Of a stretch of DNA of 64,000 nt, positions 60,871 through 64,000 are shown one piece after another; position 1 is the first letter of the stretch; each line of letters begins with the position of its first letter. The stretch spans positions 1,240,001 to 1,304,000 of the forward strand of contig JBLDXI010000013.1 in NCBI GenBank assembly GCA_047495785.1. Direction: 5' to 3'. Source of the stretch: Lepidodermella squamata (taxonomy: Eukaryota > Animalia > Gastrotricha). The position numbers and the translations under genes were made by a program. The notes beneath the pieces are model-generated. The model ran no database searches. It saw only the letters and a program-made list of their open reading frames with translations, and was not told where the DNA came from.

Positions 60871-63677
60871 TTAGCGGAAAAATGAGCTCAAGCCACTACT
60901 GGAAGGATGGTCCAGAAAAAAGAGATCGCCATCATTCACATGACGGTGGCACTCATCCACCAGTTCACTGCTCATCAAGTCATCGGCACTGTCGTCCAAA
61001 CTTGACAGGTCATTACGCATAAGGCTCGAATTGTCAACCGCCATTTGATCGTCATCTAGATTATTAGCAGAGCTTCTATTGCCATTAGAGCGCGAGTTAT
61101 CGGCCAGAGTTTTCGAGCTCTTGTTAAGCTTGGCACGCAAAAGAGCGATATTGCTAGAAGTTGCAGTCGTTTGAACAACAACACTAGTCTTTTTCGCGAC
61201 GATTGGAGGCCGCTTCGTCGGAATGATTTCTATCCCTGGAGATGCCGCATCCGCTACATGTTTCATGCGCTTGTTTTTCTCGAGCCGGCGATTGGCAAAC
61301 CAGACTCGAACGACTTCGTGAGGCACGTTCAACTTGTTAGCGATTTGCGCTATTGTTTTTCTGTCAGGGTACGGGTTCGAGGCAAAAACGGCGCGAAGAT
61401 GATCTCGCATTTCGTCGGAAAATGTGTGCCGCTGGCTGTAGCGATTATAAAGTTTAGTTCTAGGATGAGGCTTAGGCCGGACAGGTTGCGAGTCGGAGCC
61501 ACTCAACGCAGACGCCTGGTTGTATTCTTGCTCCTTTTCGTCATAGTACTGCTCTAAGACAGCGACAAAGCGACTTGCAACTTCAAGTTTCATCGACAGA
61601 TTCTCCAAGCGGCAAATGTACTCCTGACGAAACGCGTCGCCGTGAATAGCTTTCAACTTATTAGCCACTTCTTGTTGAGAGATGCCGAAATTGCATCGTC
61701 TCTCGCGGCACCTTCGAACTGATTCCAGCAGTTTCCCGACATGAATTCCGGCAATTGTGGTGTCAGGCGCCAGATGCACAGCATCCGCCAACCGCAACTG
61801 ATTCGCCAGCTGTCCAGGGGTCAAACCTAGCTGCATCGATCCAGTTGTTTCTGGCACCGTAACAGGGTTGTCTGTAGTCAACGTCGGCGATAATGACAGC
61901 AAGTTGGAAGACGACGGCGAAGAGGGATGGCTGCCGATGGGCCCTCCGATTAAATTCGGAGTGTTCGTGCCATCGCCAGTTGGGCTGACTAGTAGCGAGA
62001 GGCGAGACATGGTCATATAGTTGTCAAAGTTCTGTTTAGCTGAGGTTGTAAAAGCGGGTAAAGTAGGCGGAAAAACGGCAAGAGATCTGTGAAAATGAGA
62101 CGATTAAATTTGACTTCAAATTTAAATAACAATCAAACCTCGCGCAATTTAAATTCTCCAGATTGATGGATTTGGTTGGTATATCTTCATCGTTAATATT
62201 GCGACTGGCCGTGACGGTCGGATTCATTTTCGCATTGATTGTTGAGCGTTGCCGATGTGTGTCATTATTTCGCTCCATAGACTTGCTTAGCAGCGGCAAT
62301 GATTCGGATTTTTTCGGCGACTGAGGGCTATCTGCCATTTGTTCATAAATGACATTTGGATTCTCCGAGTTGTGAGCAACACTGATGTAAGATTCCGAAT
62401 GTTGATCGTCGGGGTAATCGTGCTGTGCGACCAAATACCTGGTCGAACCATCAGCCCCAGTCGCTTCAATGAAGCTCTGCTGGGTGTGCACCTCATATTG
62501 CTGTTGGTTAGGTGCCATTATGAGCAAAGGCTGCGAAACGGTCTGCTGAGGCGCGATGGCTAGTAGAACAGAGCCACTCTGTTGCTGACCTGGCACTTGA
62601 ATCAACAATCCCTGAACCGATGCGGTTTGCGGCTGGGCACTGATCAACACTGGCGCATAAGACTGCTGCTGTGGCTGGGGCGCGGCAATAACCTTCTGCT
62701 GTTGCGGCTTGGTTTTGCTCGCTATTTTCATTGGCGTCGCCCCGTTCGCCGCTTTTTTATGCACATCTCTACTCCGCTGGCCCGGAGCTGGGGCCGGGGC
62801 GATTTTCGGTGGAGGTGGCAGCGGTTGGCGCGGGTTCCCAGGCGTCGGCACCAACTGCCCGGTCGGTTTCTTAAGGATGGACGATAACAGTGAATTCGAA
62901 GACTGGTCCATTTCAGATGAATTCATGCCGTTTTGCAGTGAAGATATTATTGAAGCCGACGATGGCAGGTGTGTCAGTTTAGGAGGCGCTTGTTTTCTCA
63001 AAATTTTCGGCATACTCGTTTTGCTACTCGTGGTCTTAGCTGCTGAGTTTTTCGGCCCAGTAGGGTTCTTAAACGTCGACGGGGCGGGCGAAATGCTAGA
63101 CACACGACTGACTACCGGAGACATACTTCTGTTATTCGACCGTTGACTGATGTCATTAGTCGTTGTCAGTAGCGACGCTGAAAGCAGCGTCGGAGCTTCA
63201 AGCAATGAATGAGTAGGTGTTTGCAGCAAAAAACTCTGATTGTGATGATGTATATTGTGGTGGTGAAACCGATTCGGCGACGCGAATAATTCCTGGAAAT
63301 ACATATATTTTTATTTTTCATCGAAATTCAACCAATAAGATACTCACATGGCTCATGAGAGTTGGCGAGTCCATAAGTCGCGGCGAATGACTGGCGACAG
63401 GGCTCGCCAGGAGTGAATTCGCATTCGACCCATGTTGGCTGTGCGTTACAACGCTGTGCCCTGCCGAGTTCAGCGCAGTGACGTAGGGTATGGTAACGTC
63501 GAGACTTGACGATGACAGCGAAAGTTCGGCCAGCGATGAAAAGCAGTGCAGCGGCGAGAGACTCGAGCTCGGCAGGCAAAAACTTGACGAGCTGACATCA
63601 CAGCCGGCTGATACCGAAACAGCGCACATCGACGACAGCGACATGGCGGAGTTAAGCGCCCGAGTTGGACTGTTCAT
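60871..63677 (-). CDS. Highly divergent POU-homeodomain transcription factor (most like POU6)
   Basis: Exons 63677-63348, 63292-62139 and 62086-60871; POU-specific RRCNFGISQQEVA...FRQEYICRLENL...VLEQY; homeodomain RHTFS...FASNPYP...IANKLNVPHEVVRVWFANRR. Confidence 0.85.
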
Positions 63678-63798
63678 CTCGCAGTCTTCAAGTCGTCATT
63701 ATTGCACCATGCATTTATCACTCAAATAGCTAATCACCTAGAATAAAGAATAGCGATTATTGACTGTTAGCGCTATTATTTGCACAATTTATTCGATT

Positions 63799-64000
63799 TC
63801 ACGCGCTCTTATTTCGCTTGGAATTTTTCGCGCTATAACGAGCGGCTTTCTTCACAGCACCTTTGAAAAACGCGGGAGGTTCACTAACGAACCGCTCCAA
63901 TTTACTCGACGCTTCTTGATCCAGCACTTCGCGCTCTTCCTCTTCAACTACTTCAACAGGGCTAGTTTCGTCAGTTTCAAGAGGCAAATAAGCGGGAAGA
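63799..64000 (-). CDS. 3' end of an unidentified gene entering from the right edge
   Basis: The frame is open from the window edge to a TGA at 63799, with an acidic then basic tail and AATAAA 5 nt after the stop. Confidence 0.6.
   Translation of the reverse strand, partial: LPAYLPLETDETSPVEVVEEEEREVLDQEASSKLERFVSEPPAFFKGAVKKAARYSAKNSKRNKSA

Noticed and set aside
1-64000. tRNA, rRNA, snRNA, CRISPR arrays and prokaryotic systems
   Set aside because: No such signatures were seen by eye; the window is intron-containing eukaryotic DNA throughout.

Overview
This is DNA from a compact-genome invertebrate animal with typical GT-AG introns of about 45-65 nt and motile-cilia genes; the species cannot be named from the sequence. 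I built gene models by hand by joining ORFs at phase-compatible splice sites. From left to right the window holds an NCKAP5/NCKAP5L-like coiled-coil gene (runs off the left edge), a GT6 (ABO-like) glycosyltransferase, a CUB-serine protease and TOM70. Next is a tight + strand run of ATP synthase gamma, RPS25, MRPL14 and CRYZ, the last with a 2.1 kb intron carrying a decayed Mutator-like transposase. Then come two Rh ammonium-transporter paralogues flanking IFT46, a secreted dead-trypsin/mucin/microbial-type CAP chimera and a ~19 kb DPP6/DPP10-like gene. The right end holds a PPP1R27-like gene, RSPH1 head-to-head with a DNAAF8-like gene around an RFX X-box, a very divergent POU gene and the 3' end of another gene. 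Main highlights: (1) the apparently empty 42-55 kb stretch holds about 8 candidate ATG-initiated, phase-0 alternative first exons for the DPP6/10-like Kv4 auxiliary subunit, plus a phase-1 signal-peptide exon predicted to give a secreted form; (2) the pseudo-protease/CAP fusion looks like domesticated horizontal transfer; (3) the invertebrate GT6 has a remodelled donor pocket; (4) several gene junctions have poly(A)-signal-to-acceptor geometry suggesting SL trans-spliced operons. All family assignments come from recalled motifs, not database searches.
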